From: Treponema sp.
GTDB lineage: Bacteria; Spirochaetota; Spirochaetia; Treponematales; Breznakiellaceae
NCBI GenBank assembly: GCA_031286095.1
Contig: JAITUY010000203.1
Location: forward strand, 1 to 51,902
Reading direction: 5' to 3'
Length of the DNA: 51,902 nucleotides
Position numbers and translations under genes: made by a program. The notes under the pieces are model-generated. The model did not search any database, was not told the DNA's origin, and saw only the letters and a program-made list of their open reading frames with translations. Below, in pieces: positions 27,408 through 36,286 of the stretch (positions within the stretch are counted from its first letter, which is position 1; each line of letters opens with the position of its first letter).

Positions 27408-28670
27408 TTAACCTTCCTGCGCCTTATTCATTTCTAACATTTCTTCAGTATTATAATGATGATTTCTTATTACAGCTGGAACATCCAAATCGTCATGATA
27501 ATCTTTTGCCGGTAAATAAGGCAAATATTCTTTTCGTTTGGATTGTTCGTGCTTCTGGACATATTTTGTAAAATCAAACAGTTCCGTATCTATAGATTTT
27601 TTACCTGCGAGGGGTTTTGCCTCATTGCCGCGGGCATTGTCAAAACCTGTGGCAATTACCGTTATCTGAATACCGTCTTCCAGCGACGGATCGATATGCA
27701 GACCATGTATAATAAGCGCATCCGGGTCGCATTTGTCTTTAATGTCTTTTAGTATATTATTAATTTCCACCATCTTAATATCATTTGAAGCCCTGATATT
27801 TACAAGAATGCCTGTGGCCCCTTCTATGCTGGTATCCTCAAGGAGAGGATTGTCTACAGCGTTAGAAACCGCTTCCATAGCGCGGTTTTCGCCTTTTCCA
27901 AAACCAATTCCAAGAATAGCCTGCCCCTTTCCTCTCATAATTGTTTCCACATCGGCGAAATCGACGTTTTGAAATCCAATTTGAGTAATCAGCTCCGCTA
28001 TCCCCTGCACTCCCAAACACAAAACTTTGTCGGCTAACACATAAGCGTCGTTCCATGAAGTGTTATTGTCTATTATTTTAAAAAGATGCTGGTTAGGGAT
28101 TACTATAAGCGAATCGACTTCATTGGATAATTTCGCAATTCCTTCCTGAGCGAGTTTTTTCTTATAGCGGCCTTCATACTCAAACGGGGTGGTAACAATC
28201 GCTACAGTAAGCGCCCCCTGACTCTTCGCTACTTTTGCAATAACATGGGCGGAACCTGTTCCTGTTCCGCCGCCCATTCCTGCGGCAAGAAAAACCATAT
28301 CCGCGCCCGATAAAGCGGCGGCAATCGCGTCCTGATCCTCCAGCGCGGCTTTTTCTCCTATTTCCGGTTTACCCCCGGCTCCGCGTCCGCCCGTAACCTT
28401 AACGCCAATCTGCACCTTTACCGGAGCCTTGCTCTTTTGGTTAAGGTCCTGAATATCAGTGTTAATTGAAATATACTCCACGCCGGATAGTCCGCTTTCG
28501 ATTATACGGTTTAACGCATTCGCTCCGCCGCCTCCGGTTGAAACAACCTTTATAACCGCCGGCAAAATTACGTTGTGCGAATTAATTTTGCTTTCCGTTA
28601 ATTCTTCCGTATTATCCAAATGCCTGAATTGGATAACCTGCGCCTTTTCATGTACCGCTAAAACGTTCAT
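27408..28670 (-). CDS. ftsZ: Cell division protein FtsZ
   Basis: GGGGANA, NTD, GMGGGTGTG, NVDFAD and C-terminal LDVPAVIR. Confidence 0.97.
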   Translation of the reverse strand: MNVLAVHEKAQVIQFRHLDNTEELTESKINSHNVILPAVIKVVSTGGGGANALNRIIESGLSGVEYISINTDIQDLNQKSKAPVKVQIGVKVTGGRGAGGKPEIGEKAALEDQDAIAAALSGADMVFLAAGMGGGTGTGSAHVIAKVAKSQGALTVAIVTTPFEYEGRYKKKLAQEGIAKLSNEVDSLIVIPNQHLFKIIDNNTSWNDAYVLADKVLCLGVQGIAELITQIGFQNVDFADVETIMRGKGQAILGIGFGKGENRAMEAVSNAVDNPLLEDTSIEGATGILVNIRASNDIKMVEINNILKDIKDKCDPDALIIHGLHIDPSLEDGIQITVIATGFDNARGNEAKPLAGKKSIDTELFDFTKYVQKHEQSKRKEYLPYLPAKDYHDDLDVPAVIRNHHYNTEEMLEMNKAQEG

Positions 28671-28718
28671 TATTTCCCCTCCATAATATTTATTTTATTA
28701 ATCAATAATGATTATTGA

Positions 28719-29984
28719 TTAAAAAAATTCCTCTTTTAGCCACGCCTTAAATTTTTCTATAAGCGCGGAACTTTTCTTTTCCCCCTGCCCCGAACCGGAG
28801 ACGCTTTCAGCGTCAAAGCCGGAGCGTTTTGCCCCTTCCAGCGCAAGACCTACGACGGTAGCGTACGCCGGAGTACGGTATTCTTCAACTAACCCTCCCA
28901 AATCCTCCGCAGGTATCGGGGTTCCAAGACGCGATGGCAGTTTTAAAACACTGTTTGCAAGTTCCACTACGCCGTGCAAAAGCGCCCCGCCGCCTGTCAG
29001 TATTACGCCTCCGCCAAGAGGGCGCGAAAGGTTTAAAGTATCAAGATGCTGTTTTACCATTTTAAATATTTCTTCCACTCTTGGCTTTATGATTGTAAGT
29101 ATTTGAGAACGCGGAATTGACATGGGCGGTCTTCCGCCTACACCCGGGACAATTACAACTTCGTCTTCATCCAAAAACGATTCCCAGCAACAGCCAGCGT
29201 CTATTTTTATTTTTTCCGCGTTATCAAAAGAAATATTTTTAATTATTGATATATCGCTTGTAACCTGCGTTCCACCGGCCGGAATGGTATATGTCGAATA
29301 CGGAGTGCCGTCGGCATAAACGAGAATATCGGTTGTTCCCGCGCCAAGATCAATTAATACAGCGCCCAAGTCCATTTCTTCCTGCGTGAGAACTGCGCGC
29401 CCGGCGGCAAGAGTCTGTAGAACAAGCTCGTTCACCCTGAATCCGGCGCGGTTAACGCATTTAATTAAATTTTGCGCGCCCGTAACCGCGCAAGTAATGA
29501 TATGCACCTCACATTCAAGGCGGATACCAAGCATATCAAGCGGATTTCTTATTCCTTTTTGATCATCTACTTTGTAATTTTGAGGGATAACTTCCAGTAT
29601 TTGCCTGTCGGTGGGTATCACAACGGCTTTTGCCGCTTCTATCACGCGATCAACATCTTCCTGGCTTATTTCCCTTTCTTTTGTGTCGCGTCTTTTTCCA
29701 GATACGCCTACTACTCCGCGCGAATTAAGTCCGCTTATGTGGTTTCCGCCGATTCCTGCCCAGCAATCTTCTACCTGAATACCAGCCATCATTTCCGCGT
29801 CTTCTATCGCCGAGGCGACCGCGCGAAGAGTGGCTTCTATATTAACGACAACGCCTTTTCTTAAACCAGTGGAAGGCTTAAGCCCCGCGCCGATTATTTT
29901 TAACAATCCGTCATCATCGCGTTCGCAAATAAGAACACGGATAAAAGCCGAACCGATGTCTAAAGCGACAACAATATTATTCAT
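28719..29984 (-). CDS. ftsA: Cell division protein FtsA
   Basis: ALDIGS, GLRKGVVVNI, IDLGAGTTD, LTGGGA and amphipathic C-terminus KAWLKEEFF. Confidence 0.96.
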   Translation of the reverse strand: MNNIVVALDIGSAFIRVLICERDDDGLLKIIGAGLKPSTGLRKGVVVNIEATLRAVASAIEDAEMMAGIQVEDCWAGIGGNHISGLNSRGVVGVSGKRRDTKEREISQEDVDRVIEAAKAVVIPTDRQILEVIPQNYKVDDQKGIRNPLDMLGIRLECEVHIITCAVTGAQNLIKCVNRAGFRVNELVLQTLAAGRAVLTQEEMDLGAVLIDLGAGTTDILVYADGTPYSTYTIPAGGTQVTSDISIIKNISFDNAEKIKIDAGCCWESFLDEDEVVIVPGVGGRPPMSIPRSQILTIIKPRVEEIFKMVKQHLDTLNLSRPLGGGVILTGGGALLHGVVELANSVLKLPSRLGTPIPAEDLGGLVEEYRTPAYATVVGLALEGAKRSGFDAESVSGSGQGEKKSSALIEKFKAWLKEEFF

Positions 29985-30799
29985 CAGGAATTCTCCTTTA
30001 TTTTATACGAACCTATGCCGGACCTAAAATCTATCTCCCGCGGCTTTTGTGAAGCTTGCTCAAAAACATTAAGCATAAGAAGCATATAACGCAGGATTTC
30101 TTCCGTTAAATTATTTTCTATCCTTACTTTTATTGAACTGTGTACGGGATAAAGAACAAGATCGTACCCTTCCCATGATTTTTGCTCAATACGAATTTCA
30201 GAAATCGCCGAAAGAAGCTCAGGAGAACCGCCGGCAATAGCGGAAATTTTTTCAGTCAGCGGCACAAGACTGGCAGGAAGTTGCATATACATCTGAGGAT
30301 TTTCAATACCCGAAATAACCGGAAGCCCCGCGGCATCTCCCGAAAGAGAATTCCCTATTTTAAAAAACACCCCCTGACTGTCAATAAAAAGCGGAACCTG
30401 TTTGCCGTTGATATTGGCAAGCGTTACCGCGGCGGCTTTGCGCGGTACAAGCGAGATTGTCAATTTATCTGGAAAACGTTTTGTTACTTTAACAGATGAG
30501 ACAAGTATAAGAGATGAAAGTTTTTTCTGAATTTCAGCTACATTAGTAGACACAAATGACGATGTATCATCAATAGCGGCAGTTTTAAGCACATCTGCGC
30601 GGTTTAATCCGGCAAATGTTTGAACCTCTATCGTAGAGAACGGGATAAACGGACTAATTACAAAAAGCCAGACTAATTCCGCGGAAAAAACAATTCCGGC
30701 GATAATTAAAAGCCGTTTAAGCCCTTTTTCTATTTTTCTTGAAGACTTTGAATTTGTTTCCGTCTTTGCGGACGGCGCGTATGAAAAGTTAGCCGTCAT
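29984..30799 (-). CDS. ftsQ: Cell division protein FtsQ/DivIB
   Basis: Single transmembrane segment, POTRA-like region (VKVTKRFPDKL) and C-terminal IDFR; between ftsW and ftsA. Start placed at ATG 30799 after GGGAG (track 30820). Confidence 0.85.
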   Translation of the reverse strand: MTANFSYAPSAKTETNSKSSRKIEKGLKRLLIIAGIVFSAELVWLFVISPFIPFSTIEVQTFAGLNRADVLKTAAIDDTSSFVSTNVAEIQKKLSSLILVSSVKVTKRFPDKLTISLVPRKAAAVTLANINGKQVPLFIDSQGVFFKIGNSLSGDAAGLPVISGIENPQMYMQLPASLVPLTEKISAIAGGSPELLSAISEIRIEQKSWEGYDLVLYPVHSSIKVRIENNLTEEILRYMLLMLNVFEQASQKPREIDFRSGIGSYKIKENS

Positions 30800-31940
30800 T
30801 TTCGTCTCCCGTAAAATCATAAGAGAGCGCGCCTTTCCTTGCGATATTGGCGATCATTCCCGCGCAAATAAGAGTAGTCGCAAGGGACGAACCGCCTGCG
30901 GAAAAAAACGGAAGCGGAATTCCCGTTGCCGGAAGCGCCCCGGAAACTACGGCGACATTGGACAGCGCCTGCGTTATAATCATCGTAGTCATAGAAGCGG
31001 AAAGAAGCCGCCCAAAAACAGTCTTCGCCCTTAACGCCGCCCTGTAGCCTAAAACGGCAAAAACCGCAAACAGCGCAAAAAATAAAAGTATGCCGATAAA
31101 CCCCGTCTCCTCGACATAAGAGCTAAAAATAAAATCTGAATGAATTTCTGGTATGCTGGCTATCTTGCGCGTTCCCTCTCCTATACCTTTTCCCCAAAAA
31201 CCGCCTGAAACAATCGCGTCCCTGCTCGCGCTAACCTGAAAACCAGCGCCAAGCGGGTCCCATTCAGGTCTTATAAAACTTACAAGCCGCCTGACACGGT
31301 GTTCTTTTGTAAATACTAAAAGCGCGGATACAGGAATTATCATGGCAACGGCGGCGAAAAAATAGCGGAAACGCATACCCGCCAAAAAGAACAAAACCAT
31401 TGCGTTAAACACAATAAAGACCGCCGTAGAAAAATTGTTCTGCATATAAATAAGACCGAAGAAAAGCCCCGTAACAATTACAGGGGGCAGTATGCCTGAA
31501 TAAAACTTATCAAGGTTGTTAGCTTTTTTGTCCATTATGTGCGCCAGATACAACGGAAGAACAACTTTTACCATTTCCGAAGGCTGGTAGGAAAGAGGCC
31601 CTATCTCGATCCAGCGTGATGCGCCATAGCGTTCCACGCCGATACCGGGAATTCTTGTCAAAAAACATAGAAAAGCGGAAAAACATACCAATGGCAGTAT
31701 AAATTTTCTGATTTTATCAAGATCGATAATAGAAAAAATGAAAAATAAAACTATTCCAACCACACCGAAAATAATCTGCCTGATTATAAAATAATTACCG
31801 TCCTTAAAAAAACGCAGGGCAAAAGCGTAAGAAGATGAATAAAGCGTAACAAGACCCGTGCCGAACATGATTATTACGCAGATAAAGAAAATATGTAAAG
31901 CATTTTTGTTAAGAACGTTTTCGGAGTCCAGTTGATACAT
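30789..31940 (-). CDS. ftsW: Peptidoglycan polymerase FtsW
   Basis: GASRWI, QPSE, PEIHSDFIFS and PATGIPLPFFSAGGSS SEDS motifs. Confidence 0.94.
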   Translation of the reverse strand: MYQLDSENVLNKNALHIFFICVIIMFGTGLVTLYSSSYAFALRFFKDGNYFIIRQIIFGVVGIVLFFIFSIIDLDKIRKFILPLVCFSAFLCFLTRIPGIGVERYGASRWIEIGPLSYQPSEMVKVVLPLYLAHIMDKKANNLDKFYSGILPPVIVTGLFFGLIYMQNNFSTAVFIVFNAMVLFFLAGMRFRYFFAAVAMIIPVSALLVFTKEHRVRRLVSFIRPEWDPLGAGFQVSASRDAIVSGGFWGKGIGEGTRKIASIPEIHSDFIFSSYVEETGFIGILLFFALFAVFAVLGYRAALRAKTVFGRLLSASMTTMIITQALSNVAVVSGALPATGIPLPFFSAGGSSLATTLICAGMIANIARKGALSYDFTGDENDG

Positions 31941-31949
31941 TTTTCCTCC

Positions 31950-33029
31950 CTATTGTATCTTTAACGTAGAAAGCGCAATAATGGCGAACAATCCGCCGAT
32001 AATCCAAAACCTTATAACAGTCTTTACTTCCGGCCAGCCTGATAATTCATAGTGATGATGTATCGGAGCCATTTTAAAAACTCTTTTTCCGCGAAGTTTA
32101 AAAGAAACAACCTGTATAACAACGGACGCTATTTCAATTATAAAAAGTCCGCCGATTATAAGTATTAAAAGTTCTTTTTTGGTAATAAGCGATATTACCG
32201 CGATTACTCCGCCAAGCGACAAACTCCCGACATCGCCCATAAACACTTCCGCAGGGTGGGCATTATACCACAAGAACCCGACGCAGGCTCCGGCGGCGGC
32301 AAGGCAAAATACTGTAAGCTCTCCCGCTCCGGGAATGTATGGAATGCCCAAATATTCCGAATAGTCAATGCGTCCCGTGATATATGTAAGAACCGCAAGA
32401 GTAAGAAAAACAATAATCAAAAGACCGGCAAGAAGCCCGTCCAGTCCATCGGAAAAATTAACCGCGTTTGATTCCCCAACAACCAAAAGAATAGCGAACG
32501 GAATCCACACCCACCCCATGTCTAAAACCGGATTCTTGAAAAACGGAACGTACAAAAGGGTCGTGTTTTCATCGCCTGTAAAATAAATGACAAGAACAAC
32601 CGCTGTCGCCGCGGCGAACTGAAATACAAGTTTCGCCCAAGCGGGAAGCCCTGCGGAATTATGCTTTGAAATTTTTAAAAAATCATCGGCAAAACCAATC
32701 GCGCCGAACGCGATAAAAGCGCATATCGTAATCCAGACAGCCCTGTTATGCAAATCTCCCCAGAATAACATCGCTATTACGACGGAAAGAATAATAAATA
32801 TGCCGCCCATAGTCGGCGTCCCAGACTTTTGCAGATGAGTCTGCGGACCGTCTTCCCTGATTGACTGTCCTATTTTTAATTTGCGGATAAGCTCAATAAT
32901 TTTTCCGCCAAATATATAACAGATAAGCAGTGTGGTAACGGCGGCAAAAGCGCCCCGAAAGGTGATGTATACAAAAACATATAACGGCGTAAAGTATTTA
33001 AAAAATGGATAAATTAATTCAAGAAACAT
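31950..33029 (-). CDS. mraY: Phospho-N-acetylmuramoyl-pentapeptide transferase
   Basis: KSGTPTMGG, NAVNFSDGLDGL, FMGDVGSL and MAPIHHHYE. Confidence 0.97.
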   Translation of the reverse strand: MFLELIYPFFKYFTPLYVFVYITFRGAFAAVTTLLICYIFGGKIIELIRKLKIGQSIREDGPQTHLQKSGTPTMGGIFIILSVVIAMLFWGDLHNRAVWITICAFIAFGAIGFADDFLKISKHNSAGLPAWAKLVFQFAAATAVVLVIYFTGDENTTLLYVPFFKNPVLDMGWVWIPFAILLVVGESNAVNFSDGLDGLLAGLLIIVFLTLAVLTYITGRIDYSEYLGIPYIPGAGELTVFCLAAAGACVGFLWYNAHPAEVFMGDVGSLSLGGVIAVISLITKKELLILIIGGLFIIEIASVVIQVVSFKLRGKRVFKMAPIHHHYELSGWPEVKTVIRFWIIGGLFAIIALSTLKIQ

Positions 33030-33159
33030 ACAGCCCCCTAAAGGAATTTATGATTAATGCCGAAATACCCGATAGAGGGAGTCTTATTATGTTAAATGCA
33101 AACGAAAACCGTACGGCGGCGTATTGGGACAACCGGCCGCCCGCAGAATCAGTGTCCAT
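33019..33159 (-). pseudogene. 46-codon ORF at the murF position, probable deletion remnant
   Basis: ATG at 33159 after GGGAAAGGGG overlaps the ftsL 3' end; reads MDTDSAGG...RGLYVS and stops at a TGA just inside the mraY 5' end; too short for the ORF track. Confidence 0.5.
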
Positions 33160-33442
33160 GCCCCTTTCCCTCCACAATTTTTACCTGTAATAAATACTCA
33201 GGCCGTATTTTACGCAATTCAAGCTGGTTTACCGCGATATATTCAATCCTGTAAGGAGACGAATATTCGGTAATACCCGCAATAAGCTTTTTATTGCTTT
33301 CTATCCATTCCGCCTGCGTCTGTTCAAGGCGGGTTAATTCCCTGCTAAGATTTTGGTATCTGTTAGACTGCCACGCTATCAAAGCGAGCAAAAGGGGAAG
33401 GGTTACAGCCACTAAATAAAGAACAAAGTGTTTTTTCATCAC
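33149..33442 (-). CDS. ftsL: Cell division protein FtsL
   Basis: Small bitopic protein (TM then coiled coil, SSPYRIEYIA..LEL) directly after rsmH. Confidence 0.85.
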   Translation of the reverse strand: MMKKHFVLYLVAVTLPLLLALIAWQSNRYQNLSRELTRLEQTQAEWIESNKKLIAGITEYSSPYRIEYIAVNQLELRKIRPEYLLQVKIVEGKGHGH

Positions 33443-34392
33443 AACGCATCCTCGTCTAAAACTTTTTCCACTACGCGCAGTCTGGCGCTTCGGGAAGGAG
33501 GATTCCGCTCAACCTCTTCTTTTTCGGGTACAATTCCCTTCTTTGTAAGCACATTGATTGAGCGGCGTCCCTCACATCTACATATCGGCGCTTGTGCGGG
33601 GCATGTACAGTCTTTATTCATCTCTTTGAAGAATTGTTTGATAATTCTGTCCTCCAATGAATGAAAACTGATAACCCCGAGCCTTCCCCCAGGCTCGAGT
33701 ACCCTAAGCGCGGCCTCAAGGAGAGCGGGAAGCCGTGAAAGCTCCCCATTTACCGCGATTCGCAGAGCTTGAAAAGTTCTGGTCGCGGGGTGGATCGGCC
33801 CGTGCCTGTATGACGCTGGTACAGCCCTTTCTACCAGGTCGGCAAGAGCAGATGTTGTAGTTATATTTCCTTTTTGGCGCTGATTTACTACGAGAGAGGC
33901 GATACGGCGGGAAAACCTTTCCCCTGCGTTGTTATAAAGAAGATTCGCCAGCTCCCGTTCCGGCAGTTTCGACAGCAGATCAGCCGCCGTTACTCCGCCC
34001 GATGTGTCCAGTCTCATATCCAGATACTCGTCCTTTTCAAAACTAAAACCTTTGCCGCTATTTTTGTAATGATACGCGCTTACACCCAAATCAAATAAAA
34101 TAGTGTCCGGCCTTTTTAATTCGGACGGATATTCGGCAAAAAAGTCATGAGACCAGCCGTTATAAAAATGAACGCGGTCTTTAAATTCTTCAAGCCTTTT
34201 TTCGGCAATGGCAAGAATTTCCTTGTCCGCGTCAATACATACCATTTTTAATCCCTGAAACCGGGAAAGGAAACAGTAACTATGGCCTCCTTCCCCGGTA
34301 TTTCCGTCGAGCATCAGCTCGTCATTTCCCCGCGGAGCGAGCAAATCAAGAGTTTCTTCCAGCAAAACCGGCGTATGAAAAAACTCCGTCAT
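33439..34392 (-). CDS. rsmH: 16S rRNA m4C1402 methyltransferase RsmH (MraW)
   Basis: HTPVLLEE, GEGGHS, DLGVS, LDMR, HPATRTFQALRIAVNGEL and ISFHSLEDR. Confidence 0.97.
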   Translation of the reverse strand: MTEFFHTPVLLEETLDLLAPRGNDELMLDGNTGEGGHSYCFLSRFQGLKMVCIDADKEILAIAEKRLEEFKDRVHFYNGWSHDFFAEYPSELKRPDTILFDLGVSAYHYKNSGKGFSFEKDEYLDMRLDTSGGVTAADLLSKLPERELANLLYNNAGERFSRRIASLVVNQRQKGNITTTSALADLVERAVPASYRHGPIHPATRTFQALRIAVNGELSRLPALLEAALRVLEPGGRLGVISFHSLEDRIIKQFFKEMNKDCTCPAQAPICRCEGRRSINVLTKKGIVPEKEEVERNPPSRSARLRVVEKVLDEDAL

Positions 34393-34862
34393 TGCTGAAC
34401 CCCGCTTTTGCTGTTTTTTAACTTACTGCCAATTTCTTCGGAAACAGAGATAAAATCTTCCTTGCTTTCAGAAAAATATTTGTTGTATTCTTCTTTATCC
34501 CAAATCTCAATATAATCACCCTGACCAAGCACCAAACAGTCTTTGTTTAATCCCGCAAAATCACGGTAAACCTGAGGAATAGGAATTCTCCCCGCTTTAT
34601 CAATTTCCACAGGCTGAGAATTAAAAAGCCGCCTGCGTAAGGCGCGGTCTCTCTTTGATAAAATACTTGTATTTTCGCTTAATTCAGCCAGCATTTCCTG
34701 ATATATATTTGCGGGAAAAAGCCACAAACACATATCGTCATAATTACAGGGGTTAAGAGTAAGTTTCTCGTCACCTAACACTCTGCGCAAATTGGCGGGC
34801 AGGCTGATGCGCCCCTTTTCGTCCAGAGTAACCTCAAATTGTCCTGTCAGCCTTTCTACCAC
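34389..34862 (-). CDS. mraZ: Transcriptional regulator MraZ
   Basis: Two DxKGR/DxAGR motifs (LDEKGRISLP, IDKAGRIPIP) and IEIW; first gene of the dcw cluster. Confidence 0.94.
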   Translation of the reverse strand: MVERLTGQFEVTLDEKGRISLPANLRRVLGDEKLTLNPCNYDDMCLWLFPANIYQEMLAELSENTSILSKRDRALRRRLFNSQPVEIDKAGRIPIPQVYRDFAGLNKDCLVLGQGDYIEIWDKEEYNKYFSESKEDFISVSEEIGSKLKNSKSGVQQ

Positions 34863-34894
34863 TTTTTCCTACTTTCTCCCACTTATTCCCATTT
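34855..34894 (-). promoter_or_regulatory. Putative MraZ-binding direct repeats
   Basis: Minus strand AAATGGGAAT-AAGTGGGAGA-AAGTAGGAAA-AAGTGGTAGA: four (G)TGGG-like boxes at 10-bp period, matching known MraZ operator architecture; the last overlaps the GTG start. Confidence 0.75.
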
Positions 34895-34901
34895 ACTTAT
34901 C

Positions 34902-34929
34902 ATTTTAGATGAAATTTGGCATGCGTCAA
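34902..34929 (-). promoter_or_regulatory. Putative sigma-70 promoter of the mraZ/dcw operon
   Basis: Minus strand TTGACG-N16-TAAAAT immediately upstream of the MraZ boxes. Confidence 0.6.
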
Positions 34930-35043
34930 CCACTATTCATAATATTTTTTCTTAAATTTCAATTTTTTTTTCAAAAATACTATACATAAATGTAGTAAAT
35001 AGGGATAATTGCGCCAAATTAACGCTTCCTGTATGATTTTTCC

Positions 35044-35283
35044 ATGTTTATAAGCGAATATTTTATCGTTTTTCCAGAGGGCGACGTTCAGGAAATACAG
35101 GGACGACTGCCCTTTAACTCCCTTGTTGACATGAACGGCAACGTACTGGGTCTGCCCCTGCCGACAAACAAGATGATTGTCTTTAAGGTCGCGGGGATAA
35201 AAACCGATGAAAAAAAGGGAACGAGCGAAACATATCACTTTCTGGAACTGTTAAGCGCAGAGGAATTAATTGAGTACACTTAA
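35044..35283 (+). CDS. Small hypothetical protein
   Basis: 79-aa ORF with protein-like composition, divergent from mraZ and overlapping the next gene's start. Confidence 0.65.
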   Translation: MFISEYFIVFPEGDVQEIQGRLPFNSLVDMNGNVLGLPLPTNKMIVFKVAGIKTDEKKGTSETYHFLELLSAEELIEYT

Positions 35284-36037
35284 ACATACTGTCCGCAAAC
35301 GCCCCGTTAAACGTCCAATCAAACAAGCCGTCCGTAAGAAATCCGCACCAAAAAAGATCGGGATAATGAACGAAAGCAGTCTTCACCATGAACTTAAATT
35401 ACGTTATACGGGAAAAGGTGGAAAAACCGAAGTTACGGCTGGGGAATACATAGCGGACGGAAGAAGAAAAGACGGCGAATATATCGAAATTCAAACGGGC
35501 AGTTTTGCCCCGTTAAAAGACAAGGTAAAAAAGCTTTCCGCAAACGGCCGTGTCAGGGTTATACACCCAGTCGCGGTAACAAAAACAATTGAGGTTTATA
35601 AGCCGAACAAGCGCAAGCCCTACGGGGCGCTACTATACCGCAAAAAAAGCCCGCTTAAAGGCTCGCAGTGGAACATTTTTGACGCCCTCACGCACGCCCC
35701 TCTTTTGCCTTTAATACGCAGATTAACTGTGGAAGTCGCTCTTGTAGACATTCTGGAAAAACGCATAAAAGACGGAAAAGGCTCTCGGCGCAGAAAAGGA
35801 ATAAGTCTTTACGACAAGGAACTTACCGCGTTGCACGAGAGCCTCATTTTTAAAAAACCCGCTGATTATCTGCGCTTTGTACCTTTTAAAAAAAATGAAG
35901 AATTTACAGTTTTGTCCCATGCTGAAAAAGCAGGCATAAAAAGGGAATTGTCCCAAAAGGCGCTGTATGTGCTTGCGAAAATGAATTTAATTAAACGGAT
36001 AGGGAAAAACGGAAACGCATGGGTTTATGCGCGTTAA
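35270..36037 (+). CDS. Basic hypothetical protein with a PD-(D/E)xK-like nuclease motif
   Basis: ESSLH...E...YIAD...IEIQT spacing resembles restriction-endonuclease-like folds; Lys/Arg-rich; possible C-terminal winged helix. Confidence 0.6.
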   Translation: MSTLKHTVRKRPVKRPIKQAVRKKSAPKKIGIMNESSLHHELKLRYTGKGGKTEVTAGEYIADGRRKDGEYIEIQTGSFAPLKDKVKKLSANGRVRVIHPVAVTKTIEVYKPNKRKPYGALLYRKKSPLKGSQWNIFDALTHAPLLPLIRRLTVEVALVDILEKRIKDGKGSRRRKGISLYDKELTALHESLIFKKPADYLRFVPFKKNEEFTVLSHAEKAGIKRELSQKALYVLAKMNLIKRIGKNGNAWVYAR

Positions 36038-36182
36038 TCAACCAACCCCGCCGCAGAGCGGACGGGGTATGGTTGTTTTGGTAAGGTATTTGTCTCAGGG
36101 TACATACCCACATACCTTGTCAGCGGTACATTTTTTGAAACGCCCCAGATGGGCGGGGTATGTACCCTTCGTATACAATCAA
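36036..36182 (+). mobile_element. Putative miniature non-autonomous IS200/IS605-type element
   Basis: Two related GC-rich hairpins both followed by CGGGGTATG (36063-36071, 36154-36162); no ORF; 3' side ends in TCAA (36179-36182). Confidence 0.5.
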
Positions 36183-36243
36183 GATCAAATAATTTTACCA
36201 TTCACGGGGCTGTCCGAACAAGTTTTTAAAACTTTTCAGACAC

Positions 36244-36281
36244 TAGAGTTGTTCGGAAACTTCAATTTCTGAACAACTCTA
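36244..36281. repeat. Solo 38-bp palindrome, inverted copy of the 3' module of the 167-bp element
   Basis: TAGAGTTGTTC-ggaaacttcaatttct-GAACAACTCTA; its reverse complement matches AGTTGTTCAGAAACTGAAGTTTCCGAACAACTCTA at about 11050-11084 with one mismatch. Confidence 0.88.
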
Positions 36282-36286
36282 TTAAA

